Below are positions 18,118-26,279 of a stretch of 64,000 bases of DNA, in pieces. Each line of letters starts with the position of its first letter. The first letter of the stretch is position 1. The stretch covers positions 2,287,318 to 2,351,317 of the forward strand of contig CBDCOS010000002.1 in NCBI GenBank assembly GCA_965219905.1, written 5' to 3'. This DNA comes from an uncultured Candidatus Binatia bacterium. Its GTDB lineage: Bacteria > Desulfobacterota > Binatia > UBA9968 > JAJDTQ01. The notes under the pieces are model-generated. The model made no database searches. It saw nothing but the letters and a program-made list of their open reading frames with translations, and was not told where the DNA came from. The position numbers and the translations under genes were made by a program.

Positions 18118-20187
18118 ATGGCATCGTGGATGGTAGGCATCGATACCGGAGGCTCCTTTACCGATCTGATCGCGTTCGATCCTGAAACCGGCGAGCGCCG
18201 GATCGCCAAGGTGCCGTCGAGGCCGGACGATCCGTCGGCCGCGGTGATGGACGCCCTCGACGAGCTGTTCCGGTCCGGGGTCGACCCGGCCTCCATCGAG
18301 TTCCTGGTCCACGGCACCACGGTGGCGACCAACGCCATCCTCGAGGGCAAGGGCGCGCGCACCGGCCTGCTCATCACCCGGGGCTTCCGGGCGGTGTACG
18401 AGGGGCGCGGCTGGTCGCAGCCGCCGCCGGAGGACCTGGCGGATCCCTTCTACGTCAAACCCACGCTGCTCGCGCCCCAGTCGCTCACCGAGGAGATCAC
18501 GGAGCGCCTCGACTACCTCGGCAACGTGCAGACGCCGCTTGACGAGGACGACGTCCGGCGGGCGGTCGCAAGCCTGAAAGAGAAGGAAGTCGAGGCGGTA
18601 GCGGTCAACTATCTCTTCAGCTTCCGGAACTCCGAGCACGAGGAGAGGACGGCGGCGATCATCGCCGAGATGGCGCCGGAGTGGCGCGTGTCGGTCTCGT
18701 CGCGCATCCTGCCCACCATCCGGGAGTATCCGCGCCTTTCCACCACGGTCATCGACGCCTTCGTGGGACGGTCCATGCAGGACTACCTGTTGCGGCTTGT
18801 GGACAGGTTGCGTGCCGCGGGCATCGAGACGCCGCAGATCTTCCTCATGCAGTCCAACGGCGGGCTGATGCGCATGAACGTGGGCGCGCGCTATCCCAAC
18901 CAGACGCTGCTCTCGGGGCCGGCCGCCGGGGTGGTGTCCGGCATCGAGCTGGCCGCGCTGCTGGGACGCAGGAACCTCGTCACCTTCGACATGGGCGGCA
19001 CGTCCACCGACATCAGCGTGATCCGTGACGGGCGGTCCGAGGAGACCACGGCGGGCCGGATCGCGGGGCAGGACCTGGCGACGCCGATGCTGGCCGTCCA
19101 TACCCTGGGCGCCGGCGGCGGCACCATCGCCTGGATCGGCAAGGACGGCCTCATGAAGGTCGGACCCCGGAGCGCGGGCGCCGACCCGGGGCCGGCCTGC
19201 TACGGCCGGGGCGGCGAGCTGCCGACGGTGACCGACGCCAACCTGCTGCTGGGGGCCCTGGGAGACAGCAGCGCCCTGGGCGGGAGGCTGCGGCTGGACC
19301 GGGCCCGCGCGGAAGCGGCCGTGCGCACGGTCCTGGCGGAACCCCTCGGCCTCGACGTGGTGGAGGCGGCTGCCGGGATCCTCAAGATCGTCAACAACAA
19401 CATGGCCGTGGAGCTCAGGCTCGCGCTGCAGTACCGCGGCGTCGATCCGCGGGACTTCGTGCTGGTGGCATTCGGCGGCGCCGGCCCGCTTCACGCCGGC
19501 GTGCTGGCGGAGGAGCTCCGGATACCCGCGGTGCTGGTGCCGCCGAACCCGGGCCTCAACAGCGCCCTGGGGCTGCTCCAGACCCAGGTGCGTCATCTCT
19601 ACCTGCTGTCGGACCTCGGGCTGGTGAGCGGCTACGATCCCGCGCGCATGAACCAGCGTTTCGAGGAGCTGCGCCGCCGGGCGGTGGAGGACATCCGGGA
19701 AGAGCACTTCGAGCTCTCGGAGGCGGTGTTCCGGCGCCAGGTCGACATGCGCTACCTGCACCAGGGGTACGAGCTCTCCGTCGACTGCCCGGACCGGGAG
19801 ATCGTGGACGCGGACAAGGCCGGGCTCAAGGCGGCCTTCGACGAGCTTCACGGCAAGGTGTACGGGCTGAGCGCCAAGGACGAGGACGCCGAGATCGTGA
19901 CCTTCCGGCTGCTGGCGGAGATCGCGGTGCCGCGGCTCACGCCGCCGCCCCTGGAATCCGGCGAGCCGGGCGTCGACCACGCCATCATCGGCCGGAGGCC
20001 GCTGTTCGACCTGGAGCGCGGAGAGTTCCTGGAAGCGGTGGTGCTGGACCGTGGCCGGTTGCTGGCCGGTAACCGGATCGACGGGCCCGCGGTGATCGAG
20101 CAGTTGGACGCGACCACCGTGCTGTCCGAGTCGCAGCACGCCACCGTCGACAGTTTCGGCAACATCGTCATCGAGAGAGCCTCATGA
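18118..20187 (+). CDS. Hydantoinase A/oxoprolinase family protein
   Basis: GIDTGGSFTD, HGTTVATNA, SGPAAG, DMGGTSTD, AFGGAG. Confidence 0.93.
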   Translation: MASWMVGIDTGGSFTDLIAFDPETGERRIAKVPSRPDDPSAAVMDALDELFRSGVDPASIEFLVHGTTVATNAILEGKGARTGLLITRGFRAVYEGRGWSQPPPEDLADPFYVKPTLLAPQSLTEEITERLDYLGNVQTPLDEDDVRRAVASLKEKEVEAVAVNYLFSFRNSEHEERTAAIIAEMAPEWRVSVSSRILPTIREYPRLSTTVIDAFVGRSMQDYLLRLVDRLRAAGIETPQIFLMQSNGGLMRMNVGARYPNQTLLSGPAAGVVSGIELAALLGRRNLVTFDMGGTSTDISVIRDGRSEETTAGRIAGQDLATPMLAVHTLGAGGGTIAWIGKDGLMKVGPRSAGADPGPACYGRGGELPTVTDANLLLGALGDSSALGGRLRLDRARAEAAVRTVLAEPLGLDVVEAAAGILKIVNNNMAVELRLALQYRGVDPRDFVLVAFGGAGPLHAGVLAEELRIPAVLVPPNPGLNSALGLLQTQVRHLYLLSDLGLVSGYDPARMNQRFEELRRRAVEDIREEHFELSEAVFRRQVDMRYLHQGYELSVDCPDREIVDADKAGLKAAFDELHGKVYGLSAKDEDAEIVTFRLLAEIAVPRLTPPPLESGEPGVDHAIIGRRPLFDLERGEFLEAVVLDRGRLLAGNRIDGPAVIEQLDATTVLSESQHATVDSFGNIVIERAS

Positions 20188-20205
20188 TGTCGTCGGGAGG
20201 GAACC

Positions 20206-21885
20206 ATGAGTCTTGACCCGATTACCAGCGAAGTCGTGCTGAGCCGGCTGCGGGAGGTTACCTCGTCCATGGCGCACGCGCTGTTCCACAGCGGCTACTC
20301 GCCGATCCTGCGCGAGTCGCAGGACGGCACCGCCGGGCTGACCGACGGCACCGGGCGCGTGATCATGGTCGGCGGCGGCCTGCAGTATCACTCGCTGCTG
20401 TATTCGCAGGCGGTGGCCGGTGTGCTGGAACGCTACCCGGCGGAGGAGATGAGCGAGGGCGATTCGTTCGTTTCCAACGATCCCTACAAGGCCGGGAACA
20501 GCCACGTCCCCGACATGGTGGTGGCGACGCCGGCCTTCCACGACGGCAAGGTGGTGGCTTTCGGGGTCAGCGTGGCCCACAAGGCCGACGTCGGCGGCCT
20601 TGTGCCGGGGTCCAGCGGCGCGGCGTCACGCGAGATCTTCCACGACGGCATCGTGCTGCCGCCGGTGCGGTTCACCACCGCCGAGGGCGTCCTGCCCGAG
20701 GTGGAGGCGATCCTTCGCAACAACAGCCGCATTCCGGACGTGGTGCTGGGCGACCTGCGCGGACAGGTCGGCGCGACGAAACTCGGCGCGCTCCGGTTCC
20801 AGGAGCTGCTCGGGGAGTACGGCGCGGACACGCTGCTGGGCACCATCGACGAGCTGATGACGCGGACCACGGCGCGGGTGCGGAAAGAGATCGCGTCGTG
20901 GCCGGACGGGGAGTTCGAGGCGGAAGGGTTCCTCGATCACAACGGCGTGGACCGGTCGAAACCGGTGCGCATCCACGTCCGGGCCATCAAGGCAGGGGAC
21001 CGGCTGACGCTCGATTTCTCCGGCAGCGACCCCCAGACCCCCGGACCCGTGAACACGACGCGGGTCACGGCCCGCGCGGTTTCCACCCAGGCGGTGCTGG
21101 CGGCGTCGGATCCGAGCATCCCGATGAACGCGGGAGCCTTCGAGGCCATCGACTTCAACCTGCCGCCGGGGCGCGTGATGAGCCCGCAGTTCCCGGCCAC
21201 CGTCAACCACTACTTCCCGACCTCTCACCTGGTCTACAATTGCGTTCTCGCCGCCATCGGGAAGTTCAACCCCAACCGGGCGGTGGCGCCCTCCGGCCTC
21301 GGCACCGGCGCCATTGCCGTGGGCTACAAGGAAAGCCGCTCGGCGGGCCGTCCGACGGTCCAGTACGAGATCATGATCACCTCGCTGGGCGGTACCAGCG
21401 ACCACGACGGTGCGGCCATCGTCATGCCGGTCAACCATTTCGCCCCCGGCACGCCCGTGGAAATCCTCGAGACCGAATATCCCGTTGCCGTCCGCCGCTA
21501 CGAGATCTGGCAGGACTCGGCCGGCGCCGGGCGCTGGCGCGGCGGCACGGGTTTCATCCGCGAGTACGAGTTTCTGACCGACTGCACGCTCACGATCCGC
21601 TCGGCGAACCATCAACAGGCCTCATGGGGCCTCAACGGCGGTGGCAGCCCGCCCAACTCCAGGACCACCATCCAGAACCCGGCCGAGGAACCGGCCGAAG
21701 TCGACATGCTGGAGACACGCCCGCTCAAGTCCGGCGCCAGGCTCGCCATCTACCGCAGCGGAGGCGGCGGCTACGGCGACCCCCGGGAACGCCCCCCCGA
21801 GCTCGTGCGGCAGGACGTCGAGGACGGCTACGTCTCGCCGGAAAAGGCCCGGGAGGCATACGGGCTGGCGGACGGGGAGAGCTGA
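20206..21885 (+). CDS. Hydantoinase B/oxoprolinase family protein
   Basis: SPILRE, NDPY..HVPD, HKADVGG, DSAGAGRWRGG, GGGGYGDP. Confidence 0.93.
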   Translation: MSLDPITSEVVLSRLREVTSSMAHALFHSGYSPILRESQDGTAGLTDGTGRVIMVGGGLQYHSLLYSQAVAGVLERYPAEEMSEGDSFVSNDPYKAGNSHVPDMVVATPAFHDGKVVAFGVSVAHKADVGGLVPGSSGAASREIFHDGIVLPPVRFTTAEGVLPEVEAILRNNSRIPDVVLGDLRGQVGATKLGALRFQELLGEYGADTLLGTIDELMTRTTARVRKEIASWPDGEFEAEGFLDHNGVDRSKPVRIHVRAIKAGDRLTLDFSGSDPQTPGPVNTTRVTARAVSTQAVLAASDPSIPMNAGAFEAIDFNLPPGRVMSPQFPATVNHYFPTSHLVYNCVLAAIGKFNPNRAVAPSGLGTGAIAVGYKESRSAGRPTVQYEIMITSLGGTSDHDGAAIVMPVNHFAPGTPVEILETEYPVAVRRYEIWQDSAGAGRWRGGTGFIREYEFLTDCTLTIRSANHQQASWGLNGGGSPPNSRTTIQNPAEEPAEVDMLETRPLKSGARLAIYRSGGGGYGDPRERPPELVRQDVEDGYVSPEKAREAYGLADGES

Positions 21886-21895
21886 CGAAACCTGC

Positions 21896-22131
21896 GCGTG
21901 ATTCTCGCCCCCCTCCGTGATTCCGCCCCCCCTCCGTCATTTCTGCCTCCTCTCCGTCATTCCGCCTCCCCTCCGTCATTCCCGCGAAAGCGGGAATCCA
22001 GGCGGGGCGAGGCGGGGAATACGCCCGGTCGGCCCCTCTCCACCCCTGGATTCCCGCTTCCGCGGGAATGACGGAGGGGGAGGCGGGAATGACGGAGGGG
22101 GACGGGGATTGACGGGAAGTCGGGAATGACC
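21896..22131. repeat. Inverted dRS3-like REP pair flanked by tandem degenerate half-sites
   Basis: Several ccgtcatt(c/t) units, then gtcattcccgcgaaagcgggaatccagg ... cctggattcccgcttccgcgggaatgacgg, then several gggaatgacgg units; lies between convergent genes. Confidence 0.85.
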
Positions 22132-22134
22132 GGA

Positions 22135-22200
22135 AGAGCCGGGATTACTCGTCCAGCCTGAACAACCAGAGCCGGGATTACCCGTCCAGCTTGAACAGCC
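22135..22200. repeat. 33-bp tandem duplication of the amidohydrolase 3' end
   Basis: agagccgggattactcgtccagcctgaacaacc / agagccgggattacccgtccagcttgaacagcc (3 mismatches). Confidence 0.85.
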
Positions 22201-23347
22201 GCTCGGCGTTGCCGTGGCGGATGAGCTCCTTCGTCTCTTCAGAGAGGTTCTGGTTGACGGCCAGGAGCTGGACGTCGCGGAACTTCATGCTGCCGCCGGG
22301 GTCGTCGTGGGGGTAGTCGGTGGCGAACAGGAACCGCTCGGGTCCCACGAACTCGATGGCGTCGGGGAGCGCGGCTTCCTCGGTCTCGATGGTGAAATAG
22401 AAGTTGTTGCGGAAGTAGTGGCTGGCCGGCTGCTTGTTCTTCTCCAGGAACACCTCGGGTCCGTAGAAGGCCCGGTGGCGCCGCAGCTTGGCCTTGACCC
22501 CGCGCATGGCGTCGGAGTCGGCATCCGCGTCCGCGTCGTAGTCTATGGGAGGTCCGGCAAAGGCCGCGTCCAGCCTCTCCACCAGGGGCCTGATGAAACC
22601 GGTCCCCGCCTCGGTGAAGATGAACTGGAGGCCTGGGAAGTCGTCGAGCAATCCGCTCGTCACCAGCGACACCAGGCTCACCTGTCCCTCCTGGGGAGCG
22701 AAAAGGTAGAGGCCGTCCTTCTGGAAGTTGGGGAGGTTGCTGATGCGGTGGCCGTGCTGGATGTTGTGGAGGAAGATGGGCATCTCCATTTCCTCCGCCC
22801 GCGCGAAAAAGGGCCACAGCTCCTTGTGGCTGCCGAGGCTATCGCCGTAGGGGTGGTCCTGCACCGGATACACCTTGTCCAGCACCACCGCGCAGAACCC
22901 TTCCTTCTGCGCCCACTCCATCTCGCGGATGGCGGCGGGGACATCCTGGAGTTGGACGATGGCCACGCCGACGAGGCAGTCGTGGCGCTCCATCATGCGC
23001 AGGTTGGACAGGTTGTAGGAGCGTGCGATGGCGGAGGCCAGGGCCGGCTCGATCATATAGGTCCACCAACCGGAAAACTGGGGCAGCACGAACTGGCGGT
23101 CCACCCCGAGAACGGGCATCTCGTCGAGCCGCACCTGGAGGTCCACCAGCCCCTTCATGCTGGCGCCGGACCCCGGAGGACCCAGCGGCGTGACGCCGGG
23201 CACCTCGGGCGGCCCGCCGGGAAAGTCGATGTCGATGAGCAGCCCCTCCTCGCTGTACCGGGGAATCGGCGCCTTGTCCCGGAATTCCTCGGGCATGTAG
23301 TTAAAAGCGTCCTCGGGCATGATGTGGGTGTCGCAGTCGATGATCAC
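22178..23347 (-). CDS. Amidohydrolase family 2 protein
   Basis: IDCDTH, IFLH, TEAG, FATDYPHDD, NAERLF. Confidence 0.9.
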   Translation of the reverse strand: MIIDCDTHIMPEDAFNYMPEEFRDKAPIPRYSEEGLLIDIDFPGGPPEVPGVTPLGPPGSGASMKGLVDLQVRLDEMPVLGVDRQFVLPQFSGWWTYMIEPALASAIARSYNLSNLRMMERHDCLVGVAIVQLQDVPAAIREMEWAQKEGFCAVVLDKVYPVQDHPYGDSLGSHKELWPFFARAEEMEMPIFLHNIQHGHRISNLPNFQKDGLYLFAPQEGQVSLVSLVTSGLLDDFPGLQFIFTEAGTGFIRPLVERLDAAFAGPPIDYDADADADSDAMRGVKAKLRRHRAFYGPEVFLEKNKQPASHYFRNNFYFTIETEEAALPDAIEFVGPERFLFATDYPHDDPGGSMKFRDVQLLAVNQNLSEETKELIRHGNAERLFKLDG

Positions 23348-23464
23348 TGGGAATCCTCCTCGGAGATTCTAGCTAATTAGCGCCGTTGGCCGGGGTTGGC
23401 AAGCGGGCCAAGTCTCGAACGCGCGACATTGTAGCCGCCGTAGATCGATGCCATAGTCCACCTT

Positions 23465-23758
23465 GTGTCGACACTCCATCATAAATTGCACGTTTCCCTT
23501 CCGACAGACACCTATCTGCGCCTCAAGACGGAGTCGAAACGCTCCGGGCAGCCCCTAACCGTCCTGGTCCGCCGAGCGATAGAAGCGTGGCTGATCGAGC
23601 GGGAGAGGGGGGCGCTGTACGACGCCATCGCTGATTACGCTCGGACTGCTGCTGGGACAGGGGACGATCTGGATTCGGATCTGGAAGGCGCCGCTGTGAA
23701 CCATCTTCTCTGCAGCCTCGTATCGAGGTCGCGTGGTAGGGATGGCAACTCGGGTTGA
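23465..23758 (+). CDS. Ribbon-helix-helix (CopG-like) putative antitoxin
   Basis: KLHVSLP..YLRLK..SKRSGQPLTVLVRRAIEAWL RHH pattern with acidic tail. Confidence 0.6.
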   Translation: MSTLHHKLHVSLPTDTYLRLKTESKRSGQPLTVLVRRAIEAWLIERERGALYDAIADYARTAAGTGDDLDSDLEGAAVNHLLCSLVSRSRGRDGNSG

Positions 23759-23761
23759 ACC

Positions 23762-24460
23762 ATGTGCGGTCGCTACACCCAGTCGGCGAAGCTCCAGGAC
23801 CTCATAGACCGATTCGGCATCGACGAGCCGGACTTCGAATTGGTGCCCCGCTACAACCTCGCGCCCAGTCAGGACGCGCCGGTGGTGGGCGTCAACCCGA
23901 GCACCCCCGACACCCGCACCCTGCGCCTGATGCATTGGGGCCTCGTACCCTATCACGCCAAGGACGCCGCCAAGCCCATCATCAACGCCCGGGCCGAGAC
24001 CTTGGCCCAGCGGCCCGCTTTCCGGTGGCTTTTGCCGAAGCGGCGTTGCTTGGTGCCGGCCGACGGCTTCTACGAATGGCGCAAGGAAGGCCCTATGCGG
24101 ACGCCCATGCGCTTCACCTTGCGGAGCGGTGACCCGTTCGCCTTCGCCGGACTCTGGGACCGCTGGCTCCGGCCCGACAGCACCCCACTCTATTCCTTTA
24201 CTATTGTGACCACGAGCCCCAACAGCCTTCTCGAGTCGGTCCACAACAGGATGCCGGTCATCCTGCGTCCGGAGGACGAAGCCAAGTGGCTCGACCCCAC
24301 CAACACGGATCCGGAGGCCCTGTCGTCGTTGCTCAAACCCTATCCAGCCGAGCTGATGGAGGGATACTGCGTTCCGCGGGCCGTCAACTCGCCCGTGAAC
24401 GATTCTCCAGAATGCATCGCGCCGAACGACGCGCCGCTTACATTACTGCGCCGACCGTGA
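23762..24460 (+). CDS. SOS response-associated peptidase (SRAP/YedK/HMCES)
   Basis: N-terminal MCGR, RYNLAP, INARAET, ADGFYEW, HNRMPVIL, VNS. Confidence 0.95.
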   Translation: MCGRYTQSAKLQDLIDRFGIDEPDFELVPRYNLAPSQDAPVVGVNPSTPDTRTLRLMHWGLVPYHAKDAAKPIINARAETLAQRPAFRWLLPKRRCLVPADGFYEWRKEGPMRTPMRFTLRSGDPFAFAGLWDRWLRPDSTPLYSFTIVTTSPNSLLESVHNRMPVILRPEDEAKWLDPTNTDPEALSSLLKPYPAELMEGYCVPRAVNSPVNDSPECIAPNDAPLTLLRRP

Positions 24461-24555
24461 TCGGCACATGAGTCCAGAGGTAAGAGTTATCCTGTGGTCC
24501 CAACGGTGCACGGAACCGATCGGTATTGCTGTGCGTGGCGTACAGCTGTCCCTTC

Positions 24556-24591
24556 TTGCTAAGGGGCCCAAAAAAGGTATATTTTCTATAC
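24556..24591 (+). promoter_or_regulatory. Putative brnTA promoter with overlapping inverted-repeat operator
   Basis: TTGCTA-N16-TATATT; GTATA-ttttc-TATAC at 24577-24591 directly before the toxin start. Confidence 0.5.
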
Positions 24592-24592
24592 T

Positions 24593-24865
24593 GTGCCGTC
24601 ATTCGAGTTCGATCAGCAAAAGAGCGCACAGAATCTGGAGAAGCACGGCATCGATTTCGTCGCGGCACAGGCACTATGGCAGGATGTGGGTCGTGTCGAA
24701 ATTCTCGCCAGGATCACCGACGAGAATCGGTTTATCGTGATCGGTTGCATAGGCACGAAGCACTGGTCTGCGGTAGTCACACCGAGAGGGGATAACATCC
24801 GCATCATTTCGGTACGTCGCTCCCGAGCAGAGGAGGTGGCCATATATGAGAGCCAAGAAATTTGA
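24593..24865 (+). CDS. brnT: BrnT family toxin
   Basis: FEFDQQKSAQNLEKHGIDF and RIISVRR motifs. Confidence 0.9.
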   Translation: MPSFEFDQQKSAQNLEKHGIDFVAAQALWQDVGRVEILARITDENRFIVIGCIGTKHWSAVVTPRGDNIRIISVRRSRAEEVAIYESQEI

Positions 24866-25820
24866 TGCCGACTTTGACGCCGGCAAGGACATAACCGCTG
24901 CTCTCGACTTATCTACCGCCCGTCGCCCTGCTCAAGAACAACGACGGGTCAACGTGGATTTTCCGGCCTGGATGGTCGAATCCCTGGATCGAGAGGCTGG
25001 TAGACTTAGAGTCACCCGCCAATCGATCATCAAGCTGTGGCTGGCGGAGCACCTGGAACGTAGGGCAAACAAAATGTCGGATGCGTCCGGTGGTTGGGAG
25101 TGGGTCCAGCAGCGTGTCGATAAGATGAACCTCGAGAGACATCAGGCGTTGCTGGAAGAGTGGAGGGCCCGTTCGTGGCACGCCACGGATGCGTTTATCA
25201 CCGACGGACCGATTGAGCCGGCGCGTTGGTCGACGATCCGTCCCCGGGTACTCTTTCTGGCGAAGGAGGCGTATGGGGAGACAGGGTCTGGCACGAGTTG
25301 GGACTTGCCACGGTTAGTAAGAGAAGAGTGGAAAAGCTGGAACGGGTTTAGTGACAAGAATTTCTGGAGGACGCTGGGTTATTGGGCGTATGGAATTCAG
25401 CAAATGACGAAGGGAGCAAAACCGTCAAGCCCGTGGTCCCAGGGGGGAGACTGGAAGGCAAGGGTGACTGAGTCCGTACTCGCGAGCGCCGTAGTGAACA
25501 TCAAGAAAAGCCACGGACAATCTTCGTCGAGCGATAAGGATTTACGGGTGTACCTACGTAACGATGGGGATCTACTCAAGCAGCAGGTCGAAAGCCTGAC
25601 CCCGGATGTCGTAGTTTGCTGCAATACTTGGCCGTTGATCCAGAAATTCGTATGGCCGCGCGCGGAGCAGGTTTCCGAGCAGGTATACAGTGTCAACGAC
25701 ATGCTTGTGCTAGATTTCTGGCACCCAGCCAACCACTACCCGGACGTAATGGGTTACTATACCGTTGTCGAATTACTCCGCCGGGCGCTATCTGCCCACG
25801 AACTCGAAGCGGTGAGTTAA
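24846..25820 (+). CDS. BrnA/CopG antitoxin fused in frame to a uracil-DNA glycosylase-like domain
   Basis: aa 1-72: KKFDADFDAG, RVNVDFPAWM..LDREA.RL.VTRQSIIKLWL; C-terminal part: VLFLAKE, VNIKK, LKQQVESLTPDVVVC, WHPA. Confidence 0.7.
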   Translation: MRAKKFDADFDAGKDITAALDLSTARRPAQEQRRVNVDFPAWMVESLDREAGRLRVTRQSIIKLWLAEHLERRANKMSDASGGWEWVQQRVDKMNLERHQALLEEWRARSWHATDAFITDGPIEPARWSTIRPRVLFLAKEAYGETGSGTSWDLPRLVREEWKSWNGFSDKNFWRTLGYWAYGIQQMTKGAKPSSPWSQGGDWKARVTESVLASAVVNIKKSHGQSSSSDKDLRVYLRNDGDLLKQQVESLTPDVVVCCNTWPLIQKFVWPRAEQVSEQVYSVNDMLVLDFWHPANHYPDVMGYYTVVELLRRALSAHELEAVS

Positions 25821-25856
25821 CACTCGCTCCTCAACTCAGCAACAGAACGCTCGCCC

Positions 25857-26201
25857 CTACTTCGCCGCGCAGATCATGATCTCCACCTGGGTGCCCGGGG
25901 TGAGCGCCACGCCGATGGCGGCCCGGGCCGGGAGATTGTCCTTGTCGATCCAGGCCATCCAGGCCTCGTTCATCTCGTCCTTGGCGTCGATGTCGGCGAG
26001 ATACACGGTGGACGTGAGGATCCGGGACTTGTTGGTGCCGGCGGCGGCCAGGACGTCGTCGATCTTGGCCAGTACCTGTTCCGTCTGGCCTTTGGTGGAC
26101 AGGGACTTGTCGTCGGCCACCAGGCCGGACAGGTAGACCAGATCGCCGTGCACCACGGCGCGGCTGTTCCAAACCTGCGGTCTGATTCGTTCAATGCTCA
26201 T
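25857..26201 (-). CDS. RidA family protein (YoaB-like)
   Basis: VYLSGLVA, QTEQVLAKID, MNEAWMAW, PARA, VEI. Confidence 0.9.
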   Translation of the reverse strand: MSIERIRPQVWNSRAVVHGDLVYLSGLVADDKSLSTKGQTEQVLAKIDDVLAAAGTNKSRILTSTVYLADIDAKDEMNEAWMAWIDKDNLPARAAIGVALTPGTQVEIMICAAK

Positions 26202-26279
26202 TGGGCTGTGACCTCCGTGGGAATGAGTTCCGGGCGATCTCCCGGACCGGGAAACGCTATCAGATTTTGCCGGGGCCGC

